Source of the DNA: a virus
Direction: 5' to 3' (one strand)
Virus record (IMG/VR): IMGVR_UViG_3300035001_000008
Location: 1-64,000 of that record
DNA length: 64,000 nt
The translations under genes were made by a program, and so were the position numbers. The notes beneath the pieces were generated by a model that saw nothing but the letters and a program-made list of their open reading frames with translations, was not told the DNA's origin and did not search any database. Of this stretch, positions 28,138 through 37,884 are shown piece after piece. How positions within the stretch are numbered: the stretch's first letter is position 1; every line of letters begins with the position of its first letter.

Positions 28138-29055
28138 TTAGATACCGTAGGCCATGCGCATAGACAGCGGCTTACGGCACTCGACACCACCCGTAGAAGC
28201 GCGGCAAATAACCTTAAAGGCCAGGTTAAACTGTTGAGTAGGTTGCTGATCAAAGTCACGGGGAACGTGATACTTAATCTTGTCAGCCCGCTTGCGCCAG
28301 CTAATCATGAGGTCAGTACCACCAGTACCCTTACCAGCTAGGTAAGGGAGGGGCATGACGTTCTGAACACCCGCACGGGATGCCCGCTGAGTACGCAAGA
28401 ACATCTCTAGGATGGTGGTATCAGACCCGGTTTGCATAGGAGTTGAGCTAATCTGCTCAAACTGCGCTACAGGCAAACCAATATTCTCAGGAATCTCTAC
28501 CATGTTGGTAGCTACTTTTGTGGCGCTAGCAAAGTTAACTAGGTCACGGTAGATTTTATCGGGGGTTTTAGATGCCCAAGTCGTACCAGACGCAGTACCG
28601 TCATTTAGTACAGTCGCGGTAGGCACGTTGGGATGGTTCAGGAAACCCAGTAGATTGTTGGCAGTATCGCCATCGTACCCGATGAAATCTAGCTTAGCTT
28701 CGATTACATCGCGGGCTGCAATGGCCATAGAAGCATCGAGGTTGGTTCTAGCGTATTGAGCGCTTTCTAGGTCATCCAACGTATAGGAATAACCATCGGC
28801 GATAGTACGAACGTACCCTACCCGCTCTTCTGCATTCAGATCCACCATGGGAATGTCATCCCCACCGTTGGCGAGGATTTTAGCTTCCCCTACATAAGTC
28901 AGCAGTTTGTAGGAATAAGTCCGAGCACCAATAGGGATTTCAGAAGATACAGGAAGAATGGCACCAGAAGCCATGAGCCTTTCTGGAAAATCCTGCTCAA
29001 CAACTTGGGTTTGAACGTATTTAAGTTGGTCGCGAAGAAAAAGAGAAGAAACCAT
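28138..29055 (-). CDS. Major capsid protein (DUF2184-like)
   Basis: GYSYTLDDL..A, FIGYDG..NLLGFLNHPN, GGVECRKP motifs. Confidence 0.9.
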   Translation of the reverse strand: MVSSLFLRDQLKYVQTQVVEQDFPERLMASGAILPVSSEIPIGARTYSYKLLTYVGEAKILANGGDDIPMVDLNAEERVGYVRTIADGYSYTLDDLESAQYARTNLDASMAIAARDVIEAKLDFIGYDGDTANNLLGFLNHPNVPTATVLNDGTASGTTWASKTPDKIYRDLVNFASATKVATNMVEIPENIGLPVAQFEQISSTPMQTGSDTTILEMFLRTQRASRAGVQNVMPLPYLAGKGTGGTDLMISWRKRADKIKYHVPRDFDQQPTQQFNLAFKVICRASTGGVECRKPLSMRMAYGI

Positions 29056-29066
29056 AATTATTACTC

Positions 29067-29606
29067 CTATGCCGTGGGCATATTAATGCGTAGAGGAACA
29101 AGCCCAGCAGCCGTAACCGCTTCAGTAAATCGAGCACCTGGTACAGCAAAAGCGCCAGTGGTATCGGCGTTATTGCGGAAACGTCCAATTACCGTATTAC
29201 CACCAGAAACTACTGCACGGGTAAACACAGGGCTGGTAGGGTTAACCGCAACTTCGGCGTAAACGTAAAGAGAACCTTTAATCATCACAGGAATGGGAGT
29301 ACCTGGAAGATAGTACATGTCTTGGGTGGAGTTCACCACACCAAGGCCATCTACAACACCTTGCAGTTCCTCATTACGCACTTTCTCAACAATACCTGCA
29401 AGGGTAAAGCCAGTGATAGCGGTGGGGTGAATAACGCGAGGGCGACCACTAGCATCTTCAGCATAGGACGTAGTAAATGCTACAGCCCGTCCAGGGTACA
29501 CAATGGTTTCACTGTAACAAGTAATGATTTCTTTAGGGCCGACACCGTAGGAAAGACCTTCTTCCCCAACAGCGTGAGTAAATCCGTAAGTCGTTTGAAT
29601 AGGCAT
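29067..29606 (-). CDS. Capsid decoration/cement protein
   Basis: Between protease/scaffold and MCP; PVMIKGSLYVYAE..VFTR..GRFRN pattern. Confidence 0.75.
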   Translation of the reverse strand: MPIQTTYGFTHAVGEEGLSYGVGPKEIITCYSETIVYPGRAVAFTTSYAEDASGRPRVIHPTAITGFTLAGIVEKVRNEELQGVVDGLGVVNSTQDMYYLPGTPIPVMIKGSLYVYAEVAVNPTSPVFTRAVVSGGNTVIGRFRNNADTTGAFAVPGARFTEAVTAAGLVPLRINMPTA

Positions 29607-29607
29607 A

Positions 29608-31050
29608 TTAATTCATGGCCTCGCGTACAGGTTTCATAGAACGTTCCCGACGCTTTTTAGCGATAGGAGATTCTTTTTCTTTAGAGCCGCTTGCATAGTT
29701 AGCCCCGCCATACGTACCACTATCGGCACGTTCTTCCGCAGCATCTTCTACAGTTTCGCCACTATCCTTACGGGCTTGATTAATCATTTCCAGAAGAGAC
29801 ATGGAAATGTTTTCTTGAGCGTCTGCACGTTCAGCAGTTTCTTCTTTTTCTGGCTCAGTAACAACAGTGCTAGGTTGAAGCGCAGTATACAAACCGGCAA
29901 CATAACCAGAGTCACTATTAAAGCGCTCATTTTGCGCCAATTCAGGCTTTTGGGAAAGCAAATATAGGCGCTGAATGTTGGTAGAATCTAGTTTGAAGTC
30001 AGGGGTAAAATCAGAATCCTTACGGATTACAGGAAGCACCGTAGACCACAACTCAATTCGTTCTGACATTTGCTCAGCCATAGTCGCTGCCTGTTCATCG
30101 GCATTAAACTTAGGAGCTTTCTCAGCATCGGATAGCTTAGCTTCTACAACTTCAAGCAAGCCATCTTTACGACTGGACTCAGTTTTAACAGTTACTAGCT
30201 CATTTTCTAGTGCAGTCTTTTCAGACTTAGTAGAATTAAGTTCAGTTTCAAGATTGTCTAGACGGGTTTGAAGGTCTGCAACAGATGCGGCTAGCGCTGC
30301 ACTATCGTCACCATCAACGTTAAATACCCGGTTTTTAATCGGAATGGAAGTAGGCATACGCTTACCTTTTTGAATGTTTACGAGTTGATTAGTTAAATCA
30401 ATTATAGATTTACTAAAAACAGTTTGATTTGAACTATCTAATCTATTGAGGATTGAATTAATGTATTCCTCATCAAAATCAGTTTTATAAATGTCAGGGT
30501 CAGAATTTATCCATAGCTCACTATCAGTTGAATCCAACTTAAATGAAACTTCTGGGCCATGTCGCCCTCGCGTACATGCCGCAATATGATTGGCAATCCT
30601 CCCACCTTGACAATAAGGGTCTGATTCAGACCCGTCACCTTGAATTAGCGTGGTGCTATACCCTGGTGAAATCTGAGAGTAGGTGCCATCTTTAACGCTG
30701 TTGATCAAACTTCGATCAACTAGCGTAGCGACAATGCCTAAAAACTCACTATCCTCAACAACCATGTGATGGCCAGTCATACCTTTAAGATATTTAGTAG
30801 TGTTATCACTGTTTAATATCTCTGGAGGATGACCTTTAGTAACTGGAACCATTTTGAAAGAATCCAAAGTTTCCCTACTAAAAAGGTGCTCTGGCCTAAT
30901 GATTTCAGTTCTACTAGTACCGTCTTGGTTGATGTACTTTAATGGATAATTAGCACGGCCAATTCTGCCATAAATTCTCAAGTGACCATTGCTAGTCTCT
31001 TGAGATTTAAGAATAGGAGTAGAATCTTGCCTAAATTGCATGTAAAACAA
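29608..31050 (-). CDS. DUF2213 prohead protease/scaffold
   Basis: PVTKGHP, QISPGY, NHIAACTRGRHG; coiled-coil C-terminus. Confidence 0.88.
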   Translation of the reverse strand: MFYMQFRQDSTPILKSQETSNGHLRIYGRIGRANYPLKYINQDGTSRTEIIRPEHLFSRETLDSFKMVPVTKGHPPEILNSDNTTKYLKGMTGHHMVVEDSEFLGIVATLVDRSLINSVKDGTYSQISPGYSTTLIQGDGSESDPYCQGGRIANHIAACTRGRHGPEVSFKLDSTDSELWINSDPDIYKTDFDEEYINSILNRLDSSNQTVFSKSIIDLTNQLVNIQKGKRMPTSIPIKNRVFNVDGDDSAALAASVADLQTRLDNLETELNSTKSEKTALENELVTVKTESSRKDGLLEVVEAKLSDAEKAPKFNADEQAATMAEQMSERIELWSTVLPVIRKDSDFTPDFKLDSTNIQRLYLLSQKPELAQNERFNSDSGYVAGLYTALQPSTVVTEPEKEETAERADAQENISMSLLEMINQARKDSGETVEDAAEERADSGTYGGANYASGSKEKESPIAKKRRERSMKPVREAMN

Positions 31051-31090
31051 TGCATAGATATTTCTAATAATAAAGTACTATTACTCAATT

Positions 31091-32215
31091 GTGTTTAATG
31101 CTAGATGTTATCTACTAGCCGATTATTGCTACTTATTTAATATTAAGCTACAATTAGATAAATGGGTTAAAAATTTAGGAATAATGACTAGAAAGCTTGA
31201 CCGCGCATTTGTTAAAAATGAAATTGAAAATGTAGGGTATAGCCTAAATAGCACTTATATAAATTCTCAGTCTAAATTAACTATTATTTGCGATAAAGGT
31301 CACACTAACCAACTAGCGTGGAGTAAATGGAAAAGTGGATCTAGGTGTAAAACATGTAAAGGTATCGAATTTGCAAATTCTCTAAGAAATGACCCTAATC
31401 ATATAAAACAAGAAATTGAAGCAGAGGGATGGTTAGTACACGATTTGTATCACGACGCTAAAGTAAAAATGAAAGTTACGTGTCCTAGAGGTCATGAAAC
31501 ATCTATATGTTGGTCTAACTGGAAAGCTGGTAAAAGGTGCGGATTATGCGCAAGGGTAAATAATGGTAATAAACTTAGACTAACTTCTGACTTTGTCAAA
31601 GTTAGTGTTGAAGCAGAAAACTACGTTCTTAATAGCGTCTATAAAGGTTCTAAAACACATTTAGACATGACCTGCAAAAACGGTCATTCTATTTCCATGA
31701 CTTGGGATAATTGGAACGCTGGAAAACGCTGTGGTAAGTGCAACGGTAAACATAAGACTACGGAAGAAGTCTCTAAAGCTTTTGCGTTAGAAGGTTGTAC
31801 GCTTTTATCTCAATACGAAAGAAATAACAAGAAACTAGATTTTATCTGCCCTCAGGGTCACAGACATTCGATAACTTGGGCTGATTGGATAAGTGGTAGT
31901 AGGTGTGCAAAGTGCGCTGGTTATGGGTTTAATCCAAATAAACCAGCAAGTCTCTATTATCTAAAGTTTATAGTTGACTCAACACCTTATTACAAATTAG
32001 GAATTACTAACAGAACAATTCAAGAACGATATGCCCGTGAAAGGCTACCATATACAATATTAAAAGAGAATAGATACCTTTTTGGCAGTCTAGCCAAACA
32101 AAAAGAATCCGCACTATTAAAAAAGTTTAGCAATTACCTATACAAAGGTTTGCCAATTCTAAAAGACGGAAATACAGAAATTTTCATTAAGGACGTTCTT
32201 AAACTCGATGCATAA
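31091..32215 (+). CDS. Zinc-ribbon-repeat homing-endonuclease-like protein (4 repeats)
   Basis: 4x CxxGH..W..W..G.RCxxC; C-terminal domain clearly paralogous to 24169-25716. Confidence 0.8.
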   Translation: MFNARCYLLADYCYLFNIKLQLDKWVKNLGIMTRKLDRAFVKNEIENVGYSLNSTYINSQSKLTIICDKGHTNQLAWSKWKSGSRCKTCKGIEFANSLRNDPNHIKQEIEAEGWLVHDLYHDAKVKMKVTCPRGHETSICWSNWKAGKRCGLCARVNNGNKLRLTSDFVKVSVEAENYVLNSVYKGSKTHLDMTCKNGHSISMTWDNWNAGKRCGKCNGKHKTTEEVSKAFALEGCTLLSQYERNNKKLDFICPQGHRHSITWADWISGSRCAKCAGYGFNPNKPASLYYLKFIVDSTPYYKLGITNRTIQERYARERLPYTILKENRYLFGSLAKQKESALLKKFSNYLYKGLPILKDGNTEIFIKDVLKLDA

Positions 32216-32432
32216 CGAAAATACTATTCACGCTAATCTAAAAGCCCTCAGAAACACTACAAACAAAAGTCAATCTACACTAGCTAAAGAATTAAACCTC
32301 AGCGTGGATGCTTACAGAAAATGGGAGCATGGTAAGAAGTCTATTGATATTTTAGATTGTCACCGCTTAGCTGATGTTTTTGAACTTACACCAGTAGAAA
32401 TATTTATCCAACTAAACAAAGGACTCCTATAA
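32208..32432 (+). CDS. XRE/Cro-like HTH regulator
   Basis: LKALR...SQSTLAKELNLSVDAYRKWEHG. Confidence 0.88.
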   Translation: MHNENTIHANLKALRNTTNKSQSTLAKELNLSVDAYRKWEHGKKSIDILDCHRLADVFELTPVEIFIQLNKGLL

Positions 32433-32806
32433 TGGAAAACCCTAACGCTTTTCACATCAACCTAAAAACATATACTGAAAATAACTTTGCTTTAGACTAT
32501 AAGCCTGCTATTGCTGATGGCATTGAACGTTGGCTTATTATGTATAACACACCAGTAATTATTGAATGTTCAGAAGTAAATACAATATTCACCATTTACC
32601 TAAACAGTCTTTTAGCTGATTTAATTCATCGTCTAGGTGTAGAACGTAGCGGTTCAATGGTTTCATTCAGTAATTTAAGTGAATTAAATAATAGAGTATT
32701 GGAACTTAGCCGTAAACACGTTTTTAATTACTTTAATGACCCTAAATATAAAGAAGCGGTAGATAGCATTCAGGGTAGTGTAATTGGGGTATTTGATGAT
32801 AACTAA
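32432..32806 (+). CDS. STAS-like (DUF4325-like) protein 1
   Basis: VIIECSEVNTIFTIYLN...FSNLS...YFNDPKYKEAVD resembles the recalled cyanobacterial DUF4325 consensus. Confidence 0.6.
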   Translation: MENPNAFHINLKTYTENNFALDYKPAIADGIERWLIMYNTPVIIECSEVNTIFTIYLNSLLADLIHRLGVERSGSMVSFSNLSELNNRVLELSRKHVFNYFNDPKYKEAVDSIQGSVIGVFDDN

Positions 32807-32869
32807 AATAGTTGCACATGTCGGTAAATATTAGATATAATAAGTGTATTCTTTAGGATTAAACAAACA

Positions 32870-33070
32870 ATGCTTGCTGTATGGCCAGGTGATTTAGTCC
32901 GGTACAAAGGTAAAAGTTTTGGTGGAAAACCTGATATATTTGAAATTGTAGAATATGACCCTATCCTAAAGATTGCATTATTTAAAAATACTAGAAGCGG
33001 TTTGGCTGCTGGATGGGGGCCAATCAGCGACTTAATCTTAATAAAGTCAGGTAAAAAAATTGATAATTGA
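32870..33070 (+). CDS. Small SH3/KOW-like hypothetical protein
   Basis: PGDLVRYKG...FEIVE pattern. Confidence 0.45.
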   Translation: MLAVWPGDLVRYKGKSFGGKPDIFEIVEYDPILKIALFKNTRSGLAAGWGPISDLILIKSGKKIDN

Positions 33071-33407
33071 AGTTTACAAATACACAGGGCGTTACGCATT
33101 AGCCTACGATTACCCTCCATGTAGACATTTAATTAAAGACTCAATCAAATTAGTACATAAGTGGAATTACCCTGTAAAATTTGATTTAACTTCAGTGGAA
33201 TTGCTTTTACCAGAATTCGCTACTGATATGCTCAAAGACTTCTACACAACTTTAGGATATAAAAAGCCTAAAAAGTTTGTCAATTGGATTAATGGCAATG
33301 ATTTAGTAACTGCCATTTGTGAATCAAGTTTATTGCATGTTGATACTTGGTGGCGTGACCCTAGGTATAAACATGCGGTTGAGTTGTTGGAATCGAATGT
33401 AGTTTAA
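33060..33407 (+). CDS. STAS-like (DUF4325-like) protein 2
   Basis: VKFDLTSVELLLPEF...VNWIN...WWRDPRYKHAVE. Confidence 0.6.
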   Translation: MIIEVYKYTGRYALAYDYPPCRHLIKDSIKLVHKWNYPVKFDLTSVELLLPEFATDMLKDFYTTLGYKKPKKFVNWINGNDLVTAICESSLLHVDTWWRDPRYKHAVELLESNVV

Positions 33408-33409
33408 GG

Positions 33410-34096
33410 TTAAACGCTCAATCCCCTAGCTACCGCTTCTTCTAAAGTTAATTGAATTAATTCGCAGCGGCACCGATTGTAACAAGTGCAATCCTGAGAA
33501 GGAAGAGGTAACACCCCTAGCTTCTGTATGCCTCTAGAAGCGTGGGCAATACAACTACCGCAGTGTCTAGCTAAAGGGTCTAATACTCTCACCTCCCAGG
33601 GCTTATCACGCGCCCTATCGCGTTTCATCTGCCAATAGGATTGTTGCCCACTGTCAGCATACATAGCTAATCGTTGTTTCAATCTAGCTACTGAAACATT
33701 ACCAGCCTCAATATCCATTGCAAGGAATTTCAGGCCGTATCGTTTTCCATCCTCCCCAATGCCTGAGTAATATTGATTTTTAAGTTTCCTAGCAATTGTT
33801 AAAAAGTCATTTGAAGTTAAATATTCAGATCCACCCGCTCCTAAAATGCCACTCGAAACATGTATATGCTTCAAATGCTCAGCAGCCCTTAATTGAAATT
33901 GAAATAAAGTAATCTCACCACTTTCTAACTTATCAGCAAGTTCAATTAATTTAACTTTCTCACGTTCAATATACCCTTTTGTTAAATTTAAGGCGGCTTC
34001 TTTTTTAAGAAATTGACCAGTATCAATATAGCGATACCGCTTTACACGGGGGTCAAATCTTACATTTGGGGTAATAGCGTCAATATTAAATTCCAT
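33410..34096 (-). CDS. Head morphogenesis (MuF/gp7-like) protein
   Basis: RYRYIDTGQF N-terminus; RVLDP..HCGSC...LPLPS..C.CYNRCRC C-terminus. Confidence 0.75.
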   Translation of the reverse strand: MEFNIDAITPNVRFDPRVKRYRYIDTGQFLKKEAALNLTKGYIEREKVKLIELADKLESGEITLFQFQLRAAEHLKHIHVSSGILGAGGSEYLTSNDFLTIARKLKNQYYSGIGEDGKRYGLKFLAMDIEAGNVSVARLKQRLAMYADSGQQSYWQMKRDRARDKPWEVRVLDPLARHCGSCIAHASRGIQKLGVLPLPSQDCTCYNRCRCELIQLTLEEAVARGLSV

Positions 34097-34133
34097 TTGA
34101 ATTAAAATAAAGTTATACCACTATTTTAATTGA

Positions 34134-34451
34134 ATGACTTTAATACACTTTGAGGAACAAGACCCAAAGAAATTAATTAAAAGTCAAAGGGCAGAAATAT
34201 TAAATCACTTTAAGCATACTTGTGTTTATTGCAAATCAAAAACTAAGCACATGACTATAGATCATGTGATACCCATTAAATATGGTGGCAGTGAAAGAAC
34301 TTCAAATAAAGTAACTGCGTGCCGTAGTTGTAATTTAGATAAAGCTCATGAGCCTTGGATTCCTTGGTATAGGCGACAATCTTTTTATGATGCTGTAACT
34401 GAGGTTTTTATTAAAGAATGGATTGATGTTGAGTTGAGAGAAGCGAGTTAA
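34134..34451 (+). CDS. HNH endonuclease
   Basis: CVYC...TIDHVIP..GG...N.VTACRSCN..K. Confidence 0.92.
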   Translation: MTLIHFEEQDPKKLIKSQRAEILNHFKHTCVYCKSKTKHMTIDHVIPIKYGGSERTSNKVTACRSCNLDKAHEPWIPWYRRQSFYDAVTEVFIKEWIDVELREAS

Positions 34452-34605
34452 ACGTACAACGCAACTATGCAAATTACAACGCCAGTAACAATACTGGCAA
34501 AACCCCATACCTTTTTATAAAAAGAATTTCGCCATCCACACAACCATTCAAACCCACTTAAAATCAAGCTGAATCCAATAAAGCCTAAAAATGTACCTAC
34601 AATTA

Positions 34606-35361
34606 TCATTTAATTAAAAGTCCCATTTGTTTGTACTTTCTAAACCTATCGCGGTACATATCTAGGTAAAACTCAAGTTCACTTTTATCTAAAGTGAAAA
34701 TTTGCGGTTCATGCTCAGGTACAGCAATAACAATTTTTGCTTGTTCAATAGGAGCGCATTCATTTTTATAAACGTGATTAAAGGCTGTAGCGTATGCTCC
34801 AGCTTGCATTAAATAACCTTCAATCCATTCTTTCTTTTTAGGCTTACCTTTATTCTTTCCCTTACCTGGCTTAGAAGTCTTCCAGTCTAATAGCGTTACA
34901 ATCCCGTCTACTATGCCTACCGAGTCCATTCTGCCAGCGTAGCAGCCAGGAAACCACACTACAGACTCAGTTAATATGAAATGCTCAACAGTCACTAAAA
35001 ACTGTTCTAGGCTGTACCACCAATCAGCCCATATATCAGAATCAACTATTACCTTTTTACCCGCTTGAAAATCCTCAGCTTTAGCGTGAGTCCAATTACC
35101 TCTATCTAATGAATCATCGTTAGGGTTTTCAGTCCTCCACTTTTTGAAAAATTCCTTTTTCTCCGGTGGATCAGTATTGCTACAAACAGTAGTAACTGAA
35201 GGCAGGAACTCATAGTAGGGCAGGTACTTTTTTACTTCAGATGGATAAAGTTTATCTGTTTTAAGTTCAAATTCCTTAGGAATGCTATCAACTAAAGGAA
35301 CCGTGTAATGCCGCTTCCAATTGATAGACACCGTTTGATAATCGTATGATTGTAATTTCAT
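34606..35361 (-). CDS. PD-(D/E)XK exonuclease
   Basis: PSVTT, RGNWTH, YAGRMD, LLDWKTS, QAGAYA. Confidence 0.85.
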   Translation of the reverse strand: MKLQSYDYQTVSINWKRHYTVPLVDSIPKEFELKTDKLYPSEVKKYLPYYEFLPSVTTVCSNTDPPEKKEFFKKWRTENPNDDSLDRGNWTHAKAEDFQAGKKVIVDSDIWADWWYSLEQFLVTVEHFILTESVVWFPGCYAGRMDSVGIVDGIVTLLDWKTSKPGKGKNKGKPKKKEWIEGYLMQAGAYATAFNHVYKNECAPIEQAKIVIAVPEHEPQIFTLDKSELEFYLDMYRDRFRKYKQMGLLIK

Positions 35362-35530
35362 TCCTTTATTTATTCTTAAGTAGGTTAATTAAACGTGCAA
35401 GGTCATCATTAGATAACTTACCTAGTAACCTTTGATATTTAAGCAAGTCGCCTACATATAACGCCTCTATTGTTTCAGATAACGTAGATGACATTGGCGC
35501 AAGGTTGGCAGCATCAGGAAGGCTCATTAA

Positions 35531-35722
35531 TTAGTCCTTATTTAAGTAAAATGTCGTTATACACCCCAAGTATATGGTAACTAACGTTAGTTGTGCAATA
35601 TCAGATGCACTTAAAAAGCCGTCTAACATCCCAGTATATAACCGCTCAGACCCACCAAATAGGAAACTAGCTAGTAAAAAGTCTTTACTACCCTTTTGGA
35701 ACAGCTCTATTAAATTGTCCAT
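35531..35722 (-). CDS. Small membrane protein
   Basis: Hydrophobic 63-aa ORF in a tightly packed operon. Confidence 0.45.
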   Translation of the reverse strand: MDNLIELFQKGSKDFLLASFLFGGSERLYTGMLDGFLSASDIAQLTLVTIYLGCITTFYLNKD

Positions 35723-35974
35723 TTAATTCAAGTGTTCATTGGTAGTGATCCTATCAAAATCGGCATCCCTAGTAGATTCTGAATTATAAGCCCATTCAAT
35801 ATCACATCCCTCAAAAACAATAGATGCAATACCATCATTGTCTGGATACCACCTCAATCTTGACTTTTTGATAGAGTTACACAGGCTTAGATTGACAGGG
35901 TTATTAGCTCTAGCATGTCCTCGGTATCTTGTACTTTCTACAGAACACTTAACAAAAAATGGATTAATACTCAT
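35723..35974 (-). CDS. Hypothetical protein
   Basis: Packed minus-strand operon. Confidence 0.55.
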   Translation of the reverse strand: MSINPFFVKCSVESTRYRGHARANNPVNLSLCNSIKKSRLRWYPDNDGIASIVFEGCDIEWAYNSESTRDADFDRITTNEHLN

Positions 35975-35975
35975 T

Positions 35976-36170
35976 TTACTTTCCTTGATTGGGTGTTTCC
36001 TTCAATTTAGATTGAATTTGTTTAATGACATCATCAGCGCTTACTGAGTTCTCTAGGCGGTAACGTTCAATCTCAGTGTAGTTAATGGTTGCAGTTGGCA
36101 TACGTCTACCTAATGAAACAGCCTCAATGTTACCACTATCTAATTGAATTGACAGTATGGGAATTACCAC
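35976..36170 (-). CDS. Hypothetical protein
   Basis: Packed minus-strand operon. Confidence 0.45.
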   Translation of the reverse strand: MVIPILSIQLDSGNIEAVSLGRRMPTATINYTEIERYRLENSVSADDVIKQIQSKLKETPNQGK

Positions 36171-36478
36171 TAGACGGATTTATCTAAATTTGATTCGTAT
36201 AGATGTTGCTGCAATAGATACCCTTTAAGTAACCACAATTGATCCTCGGCATCTTGTCTAGCAACAAAACGACCTACATCAAGATCAAAGTTATTAGGGT
36301 CTATACAAGCGCCTCTACCAGTAACAGCAAACCCGTTAGGTAATTTGTAAGATACAAGTAACTCTTTGCCCCAAAAAATATGCTCTGAGGTTTCAGAGGC
36401 GTCTAGCAAAGCGTTGATGCCTTCTATAGTTACTTTGTTGTCTGGATACCAAACAGAGTAATCTTTAGACATAATCAT
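36170..36478 (-). CDS. N4 Gp49 / Sf6 gp66 family protein
   Basis: LPNGFAVTGRGACIDPNNFDLDVG..ARQDAEDQLW.LKGYLLQ. Confidence 0.85.
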   Translation of the reverse strand: MIMSKDYSVWYPDNKVTIEGINALLDASETSEHIFWGKELLVSYKLPNGFAVTGRGACIDPNNFDLDVGRFVARQDAEDQLWLLKGYLLQQHLYESNLDKSV

Positions 36479-36586
36479 CCTTAATTTAAAATATCTACGT
36501 TATAAGACTGGGGTTATAGCTTACCCTTAAATTGGTATCTAGCTTTTACAGTGAATACCCTTTTAGGTGGTATAGGTTCATATTCA

Positions 36587-36763
36587 CTAGGCATACAAAA
36601 CCTCTTGTTGAACAGAGCTAACCAGTACGGACTTAGCAACTACCATCCAAGTTTCTTTTACTTCACTCTGCAAGTCTTCCCATACCGTAGTGTATTGCCC
36701 ATTGAGAGTACACAACCAATAAGCGTTATAAGCTTCACTTGCGATTACTTCAATTGGAGTCAT
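36587..36763 (-). CDS. 58-aa phage protein (not in ORF track)
   Basis: Manual translation MTPIEVIASEAYNAYW...WEDLQSEVKETWMVVAKSV; AYxAY..WxDL..W pattern seen in phage proteins. Confidence 0.6.
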   Translation of the reverse strand: MTPIEVIASEAYNAYWLCTLNGQYTTVWEDLQSEVKETWMVVAKSVLVSSVQQEVLYA

Positions 36764-36832
36764 AGGACTAAGTAAATTAGGTAAAAAATAACTTGAAAAT
36801 CTAACAAGACAATATTTGTGAATTGATAGATG

Positions 36833-37114
36833 CTATTCATTCAAAGCAGCCTCAGCAATTTCAACGAAATCAGCAGCAGATATCTGACTTAGAGTTTCAT
36901 ATTCTGAATCAGTTAAAATGCTTCCATTAATCTGCATTGGCTCAACTGCATCAACCCTTTGAATGCTTACTTGTTTGTCGCAAGTACCCAAAGGGTTAAT
37001 TTTCGTATCAGTAATAGTGCAAGAGCCTGAATCGTAATATTCACAGTTGACGCAGACTGAATTAAAGTGTGTTTCAGAATCTACGTTATATCCAAGCTCT
37101 TTTAGAGTTACCAT
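36833..37114 (-). CDS. Small four-Cys protein (HiPIP-like spacing)
   Basis: CVNCEYYDSGSCTITDTKINPLGTCD. Confidence 0.5.
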   Translation of the reverse strand: MVTLKELGYNVDSETHFNSVCVNCEYYDSGSCTITDTKINPLGTCDKQVSIQRVDAVEPMQINGSILTDSEYETLSQISAADFVEIAEAALNE

Positions 37115-37152
37115 TTATGTCTAATGTTAGATGAGTCTATTCTAACTAAATA

Positions 37153-37884
37153 CTAAAACCCGTACCGCCAGCGGGCATAATATCCGCGAACATCAGCATG
37201 GGTGAAAACAGATGAGCTTGCTAAGCCCCCTCGATTACCCCACCAAGGATCTAGCTTTGCATATACATCAGCAGGGAGCATACCCTCTACTCTAAAATCA
37301 ACACCAAGCCCCGTCATGTGGGTGCTCTGTGTTGCCCCATTAACCCTACGGTTAGTAGCTGGGTCGCGATACCAGGAATTAATATAAATAGGTCTATCTA
37401 GAAATTCTCTAATATCTTGCATAGCCTTAGCAGATGAAATGATGCCATCTACTACCCTAGCATTGGCAGGGGGTCTATAAGCTTTACCTGAGAAGTGCAA
37501 AGCCTCACCCCAAGTAAAATTACCATTCTGGATAATAGGCTGATTGCTGTAGAACGTACTGCTTTGACCCGGTAGCTTAAAAGCTACTCCAGGGTTCTTT
37601 ACATCAGGCGGTTCATCTTTAGGCTTGTTATTAGGGCTGTACCCTGCTGCATCCTCAACGTGTGGTTTATAAACGTGCCAAGTATTGCGGCCTGTTGGGT
37701 GAATATCTTTAATATTAAATTTAGTAGGGTCAAACGTTACCAATAGGTAATCATCAAGCTCACTATAAGACTGAATCGGGTATGTCCCTGCTTTAATAAA
37801 AGCTTTGTCAGAGTCAGGTAAAACTGAAGCTGCTTTAGTTGAGGTTTTAACCCAAGTAGGTGCCGTGATAGTTAGAGTATGCAT
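37153..37884 (-). CDS. Endolysin, peptidase M15A
   Basis: INSWYRDPATN..VNGATQSTHMTGLGVDF...FTHADVRG. Confidence 0.9.
   Translation of the reverse strand: MHTLTITAPTWVKTSTKAASVLPDSDKAFIKAGTYPIQSYSELDDYLLVTFDPTKFNIKDIHPTGRNTWHVYKPHVEDAAGYSPNNKPKDEPPDVKNPGVAFKLPGQSSTFYSNQPIIQNGNFTWGEALHFSGKAYRPPANARVVDGIISSAKAMQDIREFLDRPIYINSWYRDPATNRRVNGATQSTHMTGLGVDFRVEGMLPADVYAKLDPWWGNRGGLASSSVFTHADVRGYYARWRYGF

Noticed and set aside
24169-32215. Diversity-generating retroelement template/variable repeat
   Set aside because: The repeats are protein-level and diverged at all bases, not adenine-specific; no reverse transcriptase in the window.
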